Shown here one piece after another: positions 18,856 through 33,500 of a DNA stretch of 36,583 nucleotides. The notes below the pieces were generated by a model that saw only the letters and a program-made list of their open reading frames with translations, was not told the origin of the DNA and ran no database searches. Position 1 is the first letter of the stretch, and every line of letters starts with the position of its first letter. The position numbers and the translations under genes are program-made. This DNA comes from Patellaria atrata CBS 101060 (taxonomy: Eukaryota), in contig MU006128.1 in assembly GCA_010093705.1 (NCBI GenBank), forward strand, positions 1-36,583, read 5' to 3'.

Positions 18856-21800
18856 GTAAAATAAATTAAATTAGAAATTAAAACTAGAAAATAAAAAACT
18901 TTAAATAGAAACTCTATTTTAAGATTATTAATAGAAATATTAAAAGTATTAATAAATAATTTAATTATAAAAGAATCTTTCACTATATTATATTAAATAT
19001 TAAGAAATAAAATTATAATATAATTTAAGACTTTAATTAATATAAAAGTTTAAAGATATACTTTTTTAAATAGAAAATAATTATTTATATTAAAATAATA
19101 ATTAAATATTAAATTAAAGAAGATATTATATATTAATATAAAAGATTTTAATAGCTTAATAATAGAATTAATCGATAAAATAATTAAAGTTAATTTTATA
19201 CTTATTAATAAATAATAGAAAACTTTTATTCTAATAATTAATATAAATTATATTAATATATTAATTAAAAAAGAATAATTTTTAAAGATAAATAATTTAT
19301 TAAATTATAAATATAATATAATCTTTTAACTATTATAGACTATAATAATTAAGGACTAATAATAAGATATTATAATATTAAAAAGAGAATTATAGATTAT
19401 AATAAATTTAATTTATTAAATTAATATAAAATAAAAAGATAAAGTATTTAATAAATAAAAAATATAATATTTAAAGATTAAAATTAAATAAAAGAAAAAG
19501 TCTATATTATTTAAATAAAAATAATCGAGATTATAGAGATAAAAACTAAATTTAAATATATAAAAAATAGAGATAAAACTATTAAATATAATAGAAAAAG
19601 AGACTTTAAAACTTTTAAAAAAGTTAAAAATAGATTAATATATTAATATATTTAAAATAAAGTTAAATATTTATATAATTAATATTAAAGATTATTTATA
19701 AAATATTTAAAGATTAGATATAATTATTAAAATTATAAGTTTATATAAGATTAATTCTTTAATTTAAAATAGATTTAAGGAAAATAAAAATCTATTATTA
19801 AATAATAAAGAAAAATTTAAAGCGATAATATTAAAAAAGTTATTTATAAAGTATTATTATCTCTTTTATATATTCTTAAAATATATATTAAATTAATTAT
19901 CTTCTTATTAAAAGGAAATTAACTATAATATTATATTAAAGTAAAATAATAATTTAATAATAAATCTATTATATAATATATTAATTAAGTATCTTTAATT
20001 AATAAAGAATTATCTAAAAGAATATCTTTAAAAAGAATTTATTAAATTAAATAAAATATTATATATATCTTTAATATTATTTATTAAGAAGTTAAATAAT
20101 AATTAAAGATTTTATATAAACTATTAAAAGCTTAATAATATTACTAAAAAAGATAAATATCTATTATTATTTATAGAAAAGATATTAATTTAACTATAAT
20201 ATATAAAGATATTTATAAAATTTAATATATAATAAATATTTTATTAAATATAAATAATAGAATTAACTAAAAATCTTATTATATTTTAAATTTAATATAA
20301 TTTCTTTAAATATAAAATATTATTATTTAATTTATATAATAATTTCGTCTTTTTTTAATAATTTATTAATAAGACTTTCTTTAAATATTTAAATAATTTC
20401 TATATAATTTATATAGATAATATTTTAGTCTATTCTATATATTTAATAAAGTATAAAGTATATATTATTAAAATATTAAAAGTATTATCTAAAACTAGTT
20501 TATAAACTAATATTAAAAAAAGTAAATTTTATATAATTAAAATAAAATTTCTTAAATTTATTATTAATATAAATAGTTTAATTATAGATTTAAAGAAAAT
20601 AGAAATAATCTAAATTTAATAATTATTAATAAATATTAAAAGTATATAATCTTTTATCGAATTTTATAATTTCTACTAAAAGTTTCTTAATAAATTTAAA
20701 TAAATAATATAGTTATTAATAAATTATATTAAAAAAAAAGTATTTTAATAATCATTTAAATTAAAAGAATATAAAGTCTTTAAAAGAGTAAAATAATTAA
20801 TATTATTAAATTAAATAATAATATATTATAGTCTTTTATTAAAAATTAAAGTTAAATTAAATTATAATAATAAAATAATAATTATAATTATTTTATAAAA
20901 ATATAATAATAAATAAAAGTTTATTATCTTTTAAATTAAAATATTTTTAAAGTTTAAATTAAAATATAAAATTTACGATAAAAAGATATTTATTATTATA
21001 AGAATATTAATTAAATAGAAAAGTATATTAATAAAGTTATAATAAATATTCTTTATTATTATTATTAATTATTAAGCTTTAAAATATTTTATAATAAAAT
21101 AATTACTTAATATATAATAAACTTATTAAAGTAAAACTTTAATTAACTTTTATTTTTAAATTAAATATTAGTTTAAAATAAAGAATATAATTATTAATAT
21201 TTTATTTTAAAAGTAGAAAAATCTTAAAATAATTAAAAAGAAAAATATTATTATATAAATTTAAATATTACTTTATTTATAAATAATAATAATTATAAAT
21301 TATCTTTTTATAAAATTTAGTTAAACTTATATTTATATTTTTATTATATTTAAAGATATTTTAATTAAACTTTTAATACTTTTTACTATAATAATAAAAT
21401 TAATAAAATATATATTTAGAAAGAAAAAAAATATAATTAAATTAATTATATTAAATTAAAGTTAAATAAATATTATATTTAATTTATTTTAATTTAATCC
21501 GGAAAATTATAGAATTAAAAGAGAGAAAAGAAGAGAATCTAAAATTATTATAAATTAGTTAAAATTTAATATAAAGAAAAGTAATTCTAAATTATATAAA
21601 TAATTAACTTTAAAGTCTTAAAAAATGTTAATAAAATAGCTATTATTAATTAAATTTATCGATAAAATTATTTAAAAGAATAAAATATATAAATTATTAA
21701 TTCTCTTTTAAAAATAAATTAAAACGAGAAAAAAGTATTAAAATATCTATAAAAATCTATTATTATAATTTAATTAATTAATAATATTAGATATTAATAA

Positions 21801-23501
21801 TCTTTATATATATTTATTTTAAAATATCTATAATACTTTAATAATTAGATATTTAAAAATATAGAAAATAAAAGATTTAATTAAAGATTAATATTATTAG
21901 CTAAATTTAATAATTAATATAAAAAGATATATATAAAACTATTATATATATTATTAAATATATATATTAAGAGATAAAATTTTAGATTTATTAAAATTTT
22001 TATTAATTAAAAATAAATATTAATAATATATAATATTTAATTTTAAGTTATTTTTAAAGAATAAATATAGATTTAAAATAATTTTTATTATTATTAATAA
22101 ATTTAGAAAATAAATTATCTTTATATTTTATAAATAAAATATATTCGTTAAATTAATAGTTAAACTATATTATAAATATATATAAAAAATATATAATATA
22201 TTTAAAACGATAATATTTAATTAAAAATCTTAATTTATCTTAATATTTATAAATAAATTATATAAATTAATAAAAATTAAGTAAAAATTATCTATAATAT
22301 ATTACTTTTAAATAAATAATAATATAAAAATTATAAATTAATATATTAATTTAAGACTATATTTCTTTATAAACTATTATTAAAATAATTAATTAAAATT
22401 AATATTAATTATAAACTTTATTTAAATAATATTAATTTATAAATTAATAGATATTTTACTATATAAATTAGAACTTAAATATAAATTATAAATATACTTT
22501 AATTAATATAAATATATTAATTTAGATAATTATAAGATTATTAAAAATTATATAAATTAAAAAAAGATATAATAATTTATAAAATAAACTTATAATATTA
22601 TTAAATAAATTAAAGAGAATTTAGTTTAAATATAAATAATATAAATTAAAATAATTAATAAATATTATTAAAAGCTAAACTTTAAATTAGACGATTATAT
22701 CTTTATTATTTAAAAAAGTTAAATTTTAGATAAATTAAATATTAAATTAAATTATTAAAACGTTAAATTATATAAAATTATTAATATAAAGAGATATTTC
22801 TATATAATAGATTTATTATTTAATATAAAAATATTAAATATATTTTATATAAATAAATTAAAAAAGATTATTATAAATTTATTTTTAAATTAATAGTTAA
22901 AATTATTCTTATTAATTAAAATTAATAGAGAATTAAAGTATAAAGTTAATAAAATATTAATTAATTATATTATATAAGATTAACTATAATATAAAATAAA
23001 TTAGATAGATTATAATTTTAATAATATATAATATTTAGTCTTAAATTTTATTAAAATTTATATAAAATAGAGAAATTTTATAATAAAAGATTATTAAATA
23101 TTAAATTTTTAATTTAATTAAATATATAATTTAAAGTTTATTAAATTAATAATTATAAATTAAAACTATATTTAGATAATAATAAAATTAAGAAAAAAGA
23201 TTTAGCTTAAATTTAAAGATATTAAAAATAAATATAAATAAAATAAATATTATTATAAAAATTTATAATTAATTAATAATTTTTACTTTTAAAAGAAAGA
23301 TAATATAATAATATTATAGATTATTATTTTCTACTTTCTTTTATTAATAATAGTTATATTAAGATTTTATTATTATATATTTAATATTAATAAATTATAT
23401 AATTATAATTTTTTTTTTCTTTAATTTAATCTTTTTATATTATAATTATATTATATTAATTATAATCTAATTTAATTCTTTATAATTATTATATTATTAT
23501 A
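18856..23501 (+). mobile_element. Element F: 5'-truncated, extremely RIP-mutated Gypsy element (pol plus 198-bp 3' LTR at 23304-23501), related to H
   Basis: It is colinear with H at about 31680-35870. RT YIDN-ILVYS is at 20410. PPT AAAAGAAAGATAA (about 23291-23303) is followed by TATAATAATA...TATTATTATA LTR termini. Confidence 0.8.
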
Positions 23502-23867
23502 AAAATATTATAAATAGATAATAAATTATATTATAAAATATTATTAATATTATTATAAAAATTAAAGCTAATTTTTATTATTAAAAAAAAGATAATATAA
23601 TAATATATTATAATATTAATTTTATATTTTTTATATTAAATATTTAATTTATTTATAAAAGATTTTTATTAAATTAAATATAGAAAAAATCTTTAAATAT
23701 TAATTAATTAAATAAAAAATAATTAAATTAAAATTTAATAAAATAAAATTATTATATATAAATATTTAATTTATAATATTATTATTTTTTAATTTAATCT
23801 TTATATTTAATAGTTAATAATAAAAATAGTTAAAATATAATTATTATAATTATATTATATTATTATA
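23502..23867 (+). mobile_element. Element J: 3' end (PPT plus 272-bp 3' LTR at 23596-23867) of an H-family element into which F inserted
   Basis: It is near-identical to 35862-36227. Confidence 0.85.
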
Positions 23868-24585
23868 AATTTAATTATCTTTTATTTAATTAATTAATAT
23901 TTAAAGATTTTTTTTATATTTAATTTAATAAAAATCTTTTATAAATAAATTAAATATTTAATATAAAAAATATAGAAATAATATTATAATATATTATTAT
24001 TTTTTTTTTCTTTTTAATAATAAAAATTAATTCTAATTTTTATAATAATATTTTATAATATAATTTATTATTTATTTATAATATTTTAAAATTTATATAA
24101 ATTTTTTCTTTTTAATTATATTATTATTATTATATAATATTATTTTTATTTTAAATATAAAAATTTAAAGTTATTTTTTAAATTAAATTAATAATTTAAT
24201 ATTAATTAATTTTTAATTATAAAATTTTTAAAATTTATATAATATTTTAATAAAATTATAAATTAAATATTATATTTTATTAAAATTATATTTAATTTAA
24301 TTTACTTTATATTATAATTTATTATAAAAAATATAATTTATTAAAATTTTATTTATTTTATATTTAAATTTATTATTTATTTTAATTAATAATAATAATT
24401 TTAATTATTATTTAAATAATAAATTTATTAATATTTTATAAAATTTATTTATAAATTTATATATTAATTAATAATTTTTATATCTTTATTTATTTATAAA
24501 TAATAAATTATAAATAATTTTTATTTTATTTTTATTAATTTATAAAGTTTATTTATAAATATAGAAATAAATTATAGATTATAAT
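23868..24585 (-). mobile_element. Element I, left part: minus-strand H-family element (integrase C-terminus/chromodomain region, PPT, half of the 3' LTR)
   Basis: Its reverse complement matches H at about 34868-35004 joined to about 35500-36090. Confidence 0.8.
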
Positions 24586-25048
24586 TATAATAATATATTA
24601 TAATATTAATTTTATATTTTCTATATTAAGTATTTAATTTATTTATAAAAGATTTTTATTAAATTAAATATAAAAAAGATTTTTAAATATTAATTAATTA
24701 AATAAAAAATAATTAAATTAAAATTTAATAAAATAAGATTATTATATATAAATATTTAATTTATAATATTATTATTTCTTAATTTAATCTTTATACTTAA
24801 TAGTTAATAATAGAGATAATTAAAATATATTTATTATAGCTATATTATATTATTATATTAAATTAAATTTATCTTTAATAGTTTTTAAAAAGATAATATA
24901 ATATTTTAAAAGAAATCTTTAGAATAATAAAAGAAGAAAAGTCTCTTAAATATACTATTATTATAAATAATTAAAATATTAATATAATCGATAAAATAAA
25001 AAAATAAATAGCTAAAAGTTTAAACTAATTTATAATAAAGTATTTTTA

Positions 25049-28000
25049 TATAATAAATTAAAATTTAATAATATAAATATATTTTATATTTAAAGATTAA
25101 CTAATAATATTTTCTTTAAATTTATTTTTAAACTCTTTTTTTCTTTTTTATCTTAATTATAAATAATATCTAGATTAAATAATTAGAATATAATTATTAA
25201 AGACTATTTATATATAATTAAGATTATTTAAATTATTAAAAATAAAATAAAATAATAAGTTTAATACTTTAAATATTTTACTTATAAAGATATAAAATCT
25301 TAAAAATAAATATACTAAACTATATTATTAATTTAATAAATAACTTTTTTTCTTAAAATATTAATAAATAATTTCTTAATTAAATTCTATAATAACTTTT
25401 AAATCTAATATCTCTCCTTTTTTCGCTATAATTATATCTATTATTATAAAGTTATATTATAGCCTTCTTTATCCTCTAAAGTTTAGCGGTAATAAGTTAT
25501 AATAAAAAGACTAGAAATTAGAAATAAAAGATAAAATAAAAGAAAATATTATAATTATTAAATTTCTTTAAACTTAATTATATTATATTTATATATATTT
25601 TAAAAAAATCGTTAAGATAAATACGATAATATTTTATAAATTAGAAGTTAAAAAGAATTTACTAAATTTTTATCGATTATTTAAACGATTTAAAATTCTT
25701 TATAAAGAGTAAAATTATAAATAAAAAATTATCTAAAACCTTTATTTTATTTACTAATAAGATAATAAGATATTTATAATTTTTTATTCTTATTTTAAGA
25801 AAGAGATAACTAATATTAATATTAAAGATTAAAATAATAACTTAAAAATATTCTATTTATATAATATATTAAGTAAGAGAATAAAGGATAAATTTATAAA
25901 TATTTTAGAAAAGAAAAAGAATATTTATATAAAATTTTAACTTTAAAATAAGGTGTTTATTAAATAGACTAAAAAGATAACAAACACCTTATTTTAAAGT
26001 TAAAATTTTATATAAATATTCTATTTTTATTTAGTTTAGTCGTTGTATAATAAATTAAAATAGAATATTTATATAAAATTTTAACTTTAAAATAAGGTGT
26101 TTATTAAATAGACTAAAAAGATAACAAACACCTTATTTTAAAGTTAAAATTTTATATAAATATTCTATTTTTATTTAGTTTAGTCGTTGTATAATAAATT
26201 AAAATAGAATATTTATATAAAATTTATTTAAAGATATAAAGAAATTAGTAATAATATAAAACTATTTAAATAATAAATTAAGATTAAAAGTAATAAAAGT
26301 ATATAAACTATAAATATTAAAATATTATATTAAGATATAATAGAATAAAAATCTATTTTATTAATATTTACTTTAATTTAAGTTAATAATATATATATCT
26401 ATAATAATAAAGATAGATATTTATTTAAAAGACTTAAAGATTAAATATTTATAGGAAAATAAGTAAAATAAGTTAATTAAAAAGAGATAAATATTTATAT
26501 TTAAGAAAACTATTATTTCTATTATAATAAAGATAATTATAGAGTTAATATTTATTTATTAATAGTATTAATTTAATTAAAATAATCTACTTATATTAAT
26601 ATAATAGTATCTTTTTAGCCTATTATCACTTAAGTTATAATAAAGGAAGATAATAATAATATTAAAGAAAATATAAATTAATAGAAATATATAATAACTT
26701 AAAGAGAATAAAAAGAAATTAAAGAAATAAAAATAAATAAAAATTTCTTTTTAATAAATATTAAATTTAATAAAACTAAATTTATTATAAAATTTATTAA
26801 CTTTAACTATCTTTATTATACTATAATTAATAAATAACTTTTTAAATCTTTAAAGCTATTTTATCTCTAAATTATACTAAGAAAGTTAAAAGAAATTACT
26901 AGAAAAAATATAAAACTCTTTATAATTTTAAATACTATAATTTATACTTTAATTAATATAAATAGCTATTAATAAAAATATATCTTTTTCTATATTATAT
27001 TAAGCTTTAATTATAAAGTAATTCTTAGAAATTCTTAATTAAAAGATATTAATTTAATTATATTTATAAGAAAAAGATATTTAAATATTAAAATATCTAA
27101 TATCTATATCTAGAACCGCGTTAAGAAGTTATATTAATTATTTTAACTTAAAGTAAAATAAGTTATAACTATAATATTTATAGTAAATATAAGAAGAAAT
27201 AGAAGAAAAGCTAAATAAAGAGAAATTAATATTTATACTAAAGTATATATTATTTTTATAATAAATATTAATAAAGCTTTAAAATTATATTAAAGATTAA
27301 ATCTTAAAATAAAATTATTATCTTAATATTTTTCTTAATTAAAAGTATTCGACTATTTTTTAATAGAGAAGCTATCTTTTTATTAGAAAAATATTAATTT
27401 ATATATTAAGATTAAAAAGAATTAGAATAATAATAAAAAGATAATTCTATAAAATCTACTTTATAATATAAATTAAGAAAAATTATTTATTTTAAAAAAG
27501 ATTTTTATTAAATTATTAGAGAAAGACTTTATTAAAGTTAGTAACTCATTTATTATAATATTAATATTAATAGTAAAGAAGTCTAATAAAGGTATCTAAT
27601 TTTATATTAATTATTATAGATTAAATAATATTATAAAAAAAGATTATTATCTCTTATTATTATTTAACGAAACTTTAAAGAATATTATAAAGACTTAATA
27701 ATTTACTAAATTTAATATTATTACCACTTTTTATAAGATATAAATAACTAAAAGAGAAGAATAGAAAATTACTTTTTAAATAAAATATAGACTTTTTAAA
27801 TAAAAAGTTATTTCCTTTAAATTAATTAAAGTATTTATAATATTTTAAAGATACTTAAATAGTATTCTTTAAAATTATTTAGATAATTTTATTTTAATAT
27901 ATATAGATAATATTCTTATCTACTTATTAGAAACTTTTAAAGATTACTAAAATAAAGTTAAAAAGATTCTTTAATAATTAATAAACGCCGGACTATAAAT

Positions 28001-30571
28001 TAATATTAAAAAGTGTAAATTTAAGACTAAAAGAGTTAAATATTTTAAGTTTATTATTAAAGTTAAAACTAAAATCCGCGTTAATTCTAAAAAGATTATT
28101 ATAATATAAGAGTAAATTATATCGTTATTTATTAAGATAATTTAAGAATTTATAAGATTTATAAACTTTTATTAAATTTTTATACTTAAGTTCTTAAATA
28201 TTATAAGACCTTTTATAAATTTTATAAAGAGAGATATTCTCTTTTAATAGAATAAACCTTATAATAAAGTATTTAAAAAGATAAAGAAGTTATTTATTAT
28301 TATATTTATCTTAATTTATTTTAACTTAAATATAAAGATATTAATAAAAATTAATTTATCTAATTATATTATTAATAGTTTACTTTTATAAAAAGATAAA
28401 ATAAATATCTAGAAACTTATTATATATTATTTAAAAAAGTATTCTTCTATTAAAGCTAATTATTTAATTTATAATAAAGAATTACTTATTATTATAAAAT
28501 ATTTAAAAATTTAGGAATTAAAGTTATATATAATTAAATACTTTATTATTTTAATTAATTATAAGAATTTAAGATATTTCTATATAAAGAAATAATTATT
28601 TAAAAGATAAATATAATAATTAAAATTTCTTATAAAATTTAATTTCACTTTAAAATAGAAATTAAGAATAAATATAAATAAATTTAATATATTATTATAT
28701 TATAAATAGAATCTTCTAAATAATTATAATAATAAAAGATTATAATTATATTTTATATAACTTTTCTAAAATAAATATCTTAAAAGTATTAAAGTCTTAA
28801 ATATAAATACTTTATTAATTAAAATTAATTTCTCTAAAAAAGTACTACTCTTTAAGAATAAAGAAATATAATAACTTTAATATTAAAGTTAATAGAAAGA
28901 TTAATTTTATTAGAAATTAATAATTTTAGTAATAAATAAAGAATAAAACTTATTAATAATATTTTAAAAGAAGAAGTTTATAAATATTATTAAATATACT
29001 TTAAAGAATAAAGACTTATTATAATTTTATAGAAAAATCTAGATTTCTAGTAATAAACTATTATATATTTATATAATCTAAAATATTTATAATTTTTATA
29101 TTATTAGATACTTTAAAAGAGATCTTATTTATATTATTCTATTAAAGTAATTCTTTTAACTAGATATTATAAATAATATTCGATAGTTTATCTAAAATTA
29201 TAAAGTATATAAAAGAAATATTATTTAAAAAGAGTTAAAGAAAAAACTTCTTAAATTACTATTAATATTAAAATATATTTAGAAAGAGATTTTAATTAAT
29301 TTTATTACTAATTTATTACTATCTAGATAAAATAATACTATAAACTATATAATAGTCACTAATCGATTAATAAAAGAAGTTAAGTTAAAAAGTATATATA
29401 ATATCTTTTTTAAAAAGATTATATAAAGACTCTTTAAATATTATTACTCTATTTATAATATCTTTAATATAATTATAAATAATAAAGATTTATAGTTTAT
29501 TAATAACTTATAAAGATATTTCTATATATTTTTAAAGATTAAATAACGTTTATTAACTATATATTATCCTTAAATAGATAATATAATAGAACGAATAAAC
29601 TAAAAGATTAAAAAGATAATTTATATTTAAATAACTTATATATAAAAGAATTAGTTAAAACTACTATTAATTATTATAAAAGAAATTAATAATTAAAAGT
29701 TTTTATTAATTAGATTAAGTCTTTTCTTCTTTATATATAAATATTATAATAAATTAATCTAATTTATAGAAGAATATACTATTCGAGATTAAATAAGAAA
29801 AGATAGTAAAATATTAATAGAAAACTTTATTAAAAGACTTTAAGATATAATAGAATAAATTTAAACTATTATAATAATAATATAAGAAAAATAATAATAC
29901 TATATTAATAAAACTAGAATAGTTTTCCTAAAATATAAAGAAGATAATTAAGTATTTTTAAATTTAAAGAATATTAAAACTTTAAGATTATTAAAGAAGT
30001 TAAATTAATTATACTCGAAGTATTAAATTATTAAATAAGTGAATTCTTATTTATATTAATTTAATATTTTTAGAAAAATCTATTTAATATTCTATATAAA
30101 TCTATTATATTTAATATTAAGTAATTCTCTATTATTATAATAAGTTAATAATTTTTAGCCGGGCTTATTATTAATAAATAGGGAATAGATATAGTTAATA
30201 GAATAAATTATAGATAAAAGACTTATAAAAGCTAAAAGGAAAAATATTAAGAAAGTTAAAATAAAATAGATTAATTATATAAAGTTAATTTAAAAACTAA
30301 TTAAAAATATTTATAAGATAAATACTTAAAAGCTATAAATTAAAATTTAAAAATATTAAAAGATTAAGAATATAGATAAATCTTAAAAAAAGAGAGAAAA
30401 GAGATAATATAATAAATTAAAGTTTAATAATATAAATATATTTTATATTTAAAAATTAATTAGTAATATTTTCTTTAAATTTATCTTTAAACTTTTCTTT
30501 TCTTCTTTATCTTAATTATAGATAATATCTAGACTAGATAATTAAAATATAATTATTAGAGATCGCTTATA
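25049..30571 (+). mobile_element. Element G: full-length RIP-mutated Ty3/Gypsy element nested near the 5' end of H
   Basis: It has 164-bp LTRs at 25049-25212 and 30408-30571, and TSD TTTTA (25044-25048 and 30572-30576). PPT AAAAAAAGAGAGAAAAGAGATAA precedes the 3' LTR. RT YIDN-ILIY is at 27900. Confidence 0.9.
25918..26225. repeat. Perfect 144-bp tandem repeat (2 copies plus 20 bp), each unit containing a 41-bp perfect inverted repeat
   Basis: Units start at 25918, 26062 and 26206. The first unit is arm 25918-25958, 23-nt loop, inverted arm 25982-26022 and a 39-nt spacer. Confidence 0.95.
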
Positions 30572-33500
30572 TTTTATATAAAAGTGAAGTTTATAGTTTA
30601 AAAGATATAACTTAAAAAGATAATAAATCTTATTAATAAAATAATATTTAATTTATAACTAAAGTTATAAATATATTAAATAAATAAAGAAGTTATAAAA
30701 TATCTTTAAAATAAAATCGATAATTTAAAGAAGTAGATTAAATAATCTAAATTAAATTAAAAAAATATCTAATTTAATGATAAATCTAATAATAAAGAAT
30801 TATTAATACTATATAATTATAATAATTAAATTAAAATAGTTAATTTAATTAAAAACTTTAAAAGTAAAGACGATAATAAGATAAAAAAATTCCTCAATTT
30901 ATTAGAATTAACTAATAATAAGAAGTTAATCTATAAAAAATAAAAAAGTAAAATAAATAATAAACTTTATATTAATAATAATTAATTTTAAGATAAAAAA
31001 GTAAAGATTACTTATATTAAAATATAAATTAATAGCGAGATAATTAAATATATATACTTTTTCTTAAAATTAGAGAAGAATAATATAATTTTAATAAAGT
31101 TAATAAGATTTCTAGACTAAATTTATAAGAATTTAAATAGATAATTAAAAGTTAAAGATAAATTAAAGAAGTTAAGATAAAACTATTTAATAGACTTTTT
31201 AAAGTTCTAATTTATATTTATTTAACTAGCTAATAAAGCTAAATTATTATATAATTAGTGGAAAGAGAAACTTTATAATAAACTTTATAATAATTTAAGA
31301 TTAATAATAATAAAAACTATAAATAACGATAAAATTAACTTTTAAAAGTATTATAATAAAGTTATAATATAGATATAAAAGTTAAAAAGATTAGATAAAG
31401 CTAATAAAGCTTATAAAAAAAGTTAAAAATATAATAAATTAATTAAAATAACTTTTATCTTAATAATAATAAATAGAATTTTATATTAATTAAAGAGTAG
31501 AGAAATTATCTTATTTATAATATTATAAATAATAAAGTAAACTATAATTATTTAAAAGTTTACGGGTAACTACTTTAATTATAATAAAGTTAAATATAAA
31601 GCGTTAAAATATCGAGAATTAAAGAAGATAATTAAAGTAAAATTAATCTAAAAAGATAAGTATTAGAGCTTAAAGTTTAATTTAAGATTAAATTCAAAAA
31701 ACGAGAAATCTTAAATAAAGACTTTATATTAAGGCTAATAATAGAAGTATTAATAATATTAATTAATAATCTAATATTAGAAAAGTTATTTATAATATTA
31801 TATTAAATTTTAAAGAATAAAATTATAATATAATTTAAGACTTTAATTAATATTAAAGCTTAAAAATATACTTTATTAAATAAAAGATAGTTATCCGCTT
31901 TAAAATAATATCTTAGAATTAAAGTTAGAAAGATAGATTAAAAGATTAAAGTTAATATATTTAATAATTTAAAAATAGTATTAATTAATTAAATACTCGA
32001 GATAAACCTTATAATTAGAGGATAAAGATAGTTAATATCGATTATAATAATAAATATAGATTATAATAATATATTTATAGATAAGAAATAGTTTTTTAAG
32101 ATTAATAATCTATTTAATTATAAATATTATTGAATTATTTAGTTAGAATAAACTATTATAATTAAAGATTAATAATAAAATATTATAATTTTAAAGAGTA
32201 AACTATAAACTTAAATTAATTTATAATACTAATTTAATATAAAATAATAAGATAAAATTATTAATAAATAAAAATATAATCGATAAAAAGTATTAATTAA
32301 CTAAAAAAGGAAATTATAATTATTTTAATAAAAGTAACTAAATTTATAAATTAAAAATATTAACTTTAATCTTTAAAAGATAAAATTAGAACTATTAAAT
32401 TTAATAAAGAAAAAAATATTAGAACTCTTTAAAAAATTAAAGTTAAAATTAAATAAATAAATTAATATTACTAAGATTTATATAAATATCTATTTAATTA
32501 ATAGAGAGAATTATCTATAGAATATAAAATATAAATATATTATTATAAGTATTATAAGCTTATATAAAATTAATTTCTTAATATAAGATTAACTTATAAA
32601 AGATAAAGACTTTTTAAATAAAAATAAAAACATTTATAAAGCGATAATTTATAAGAAGCTATTTAAGAAGTATTATTATTTAATCTATATATTCTTAAAA
32701 TCTATATTAGATAAACTACTATTATTTAAAGAAAGTATAGATTATAATATAATATTAAATTAAGATAGTAACTTTATTACTAATTTTTTATATAATATAT
32801 CTATTAAATACTTATAATTAATAAAAAATTATTTAAAAGAGTATTTTTAGAAAAGGTTTATCGTTTTAAATAAAGTATTATATACGTCTTTAGTATTATT
32901 TATTAAGAAGTTAAAAGATAATTAAAGATTTTATATTAATTATTAAAAGCTAAATAATATTATAAAAAAGGATAAATATCTATTATTATTAATTAAAGAA
33001 ATATTAATATAATTATAATAAATTAAGATCTTTATTAAACTAGATATAAGATAAGTATTTTACTAAATTTAAATAAAAGAAATAGTTAAAGACTTTATTA
33101 TATTCTAAATAAAATATAGATTATTTAAATATAAAATATTATCGTTTAAATTATATAATAGATTAACCTTATTTTAATAATTTATTAATAAAGTACTCTT
33201 TAATTATTTAAATAACTTTTATATAATATATATCGATAATATTTTAATCTATTTTATATACCCGTTAAAATATAAAATTTATATTATTAAAATATTAAAA
33301 ATATTAATAAAAGCTAGTCTATAAACTAATATAAAGAAAAGTAAATTCTATATAATAAAAACTAAATTTCTAGAATTTATTATTAATATTAATAGAATAA
33401 TAATAAATTTAGAGAAAATTAAGATAATTTAAAATTAAAAGTTATCTATAAATATAAAAGATATTTTATTATTTAATAAATTCTATAACTTTTATTAAAA

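Noticed and set aside
25918..26225. CRISPR array or MITE interpretation of the 144-bp repeat
   Set aside because: The spacers are identical between units, the repeats alternate in orientation, there are no cas genes and the context is eukaryotic. No short TSD frames a single TIR pair.
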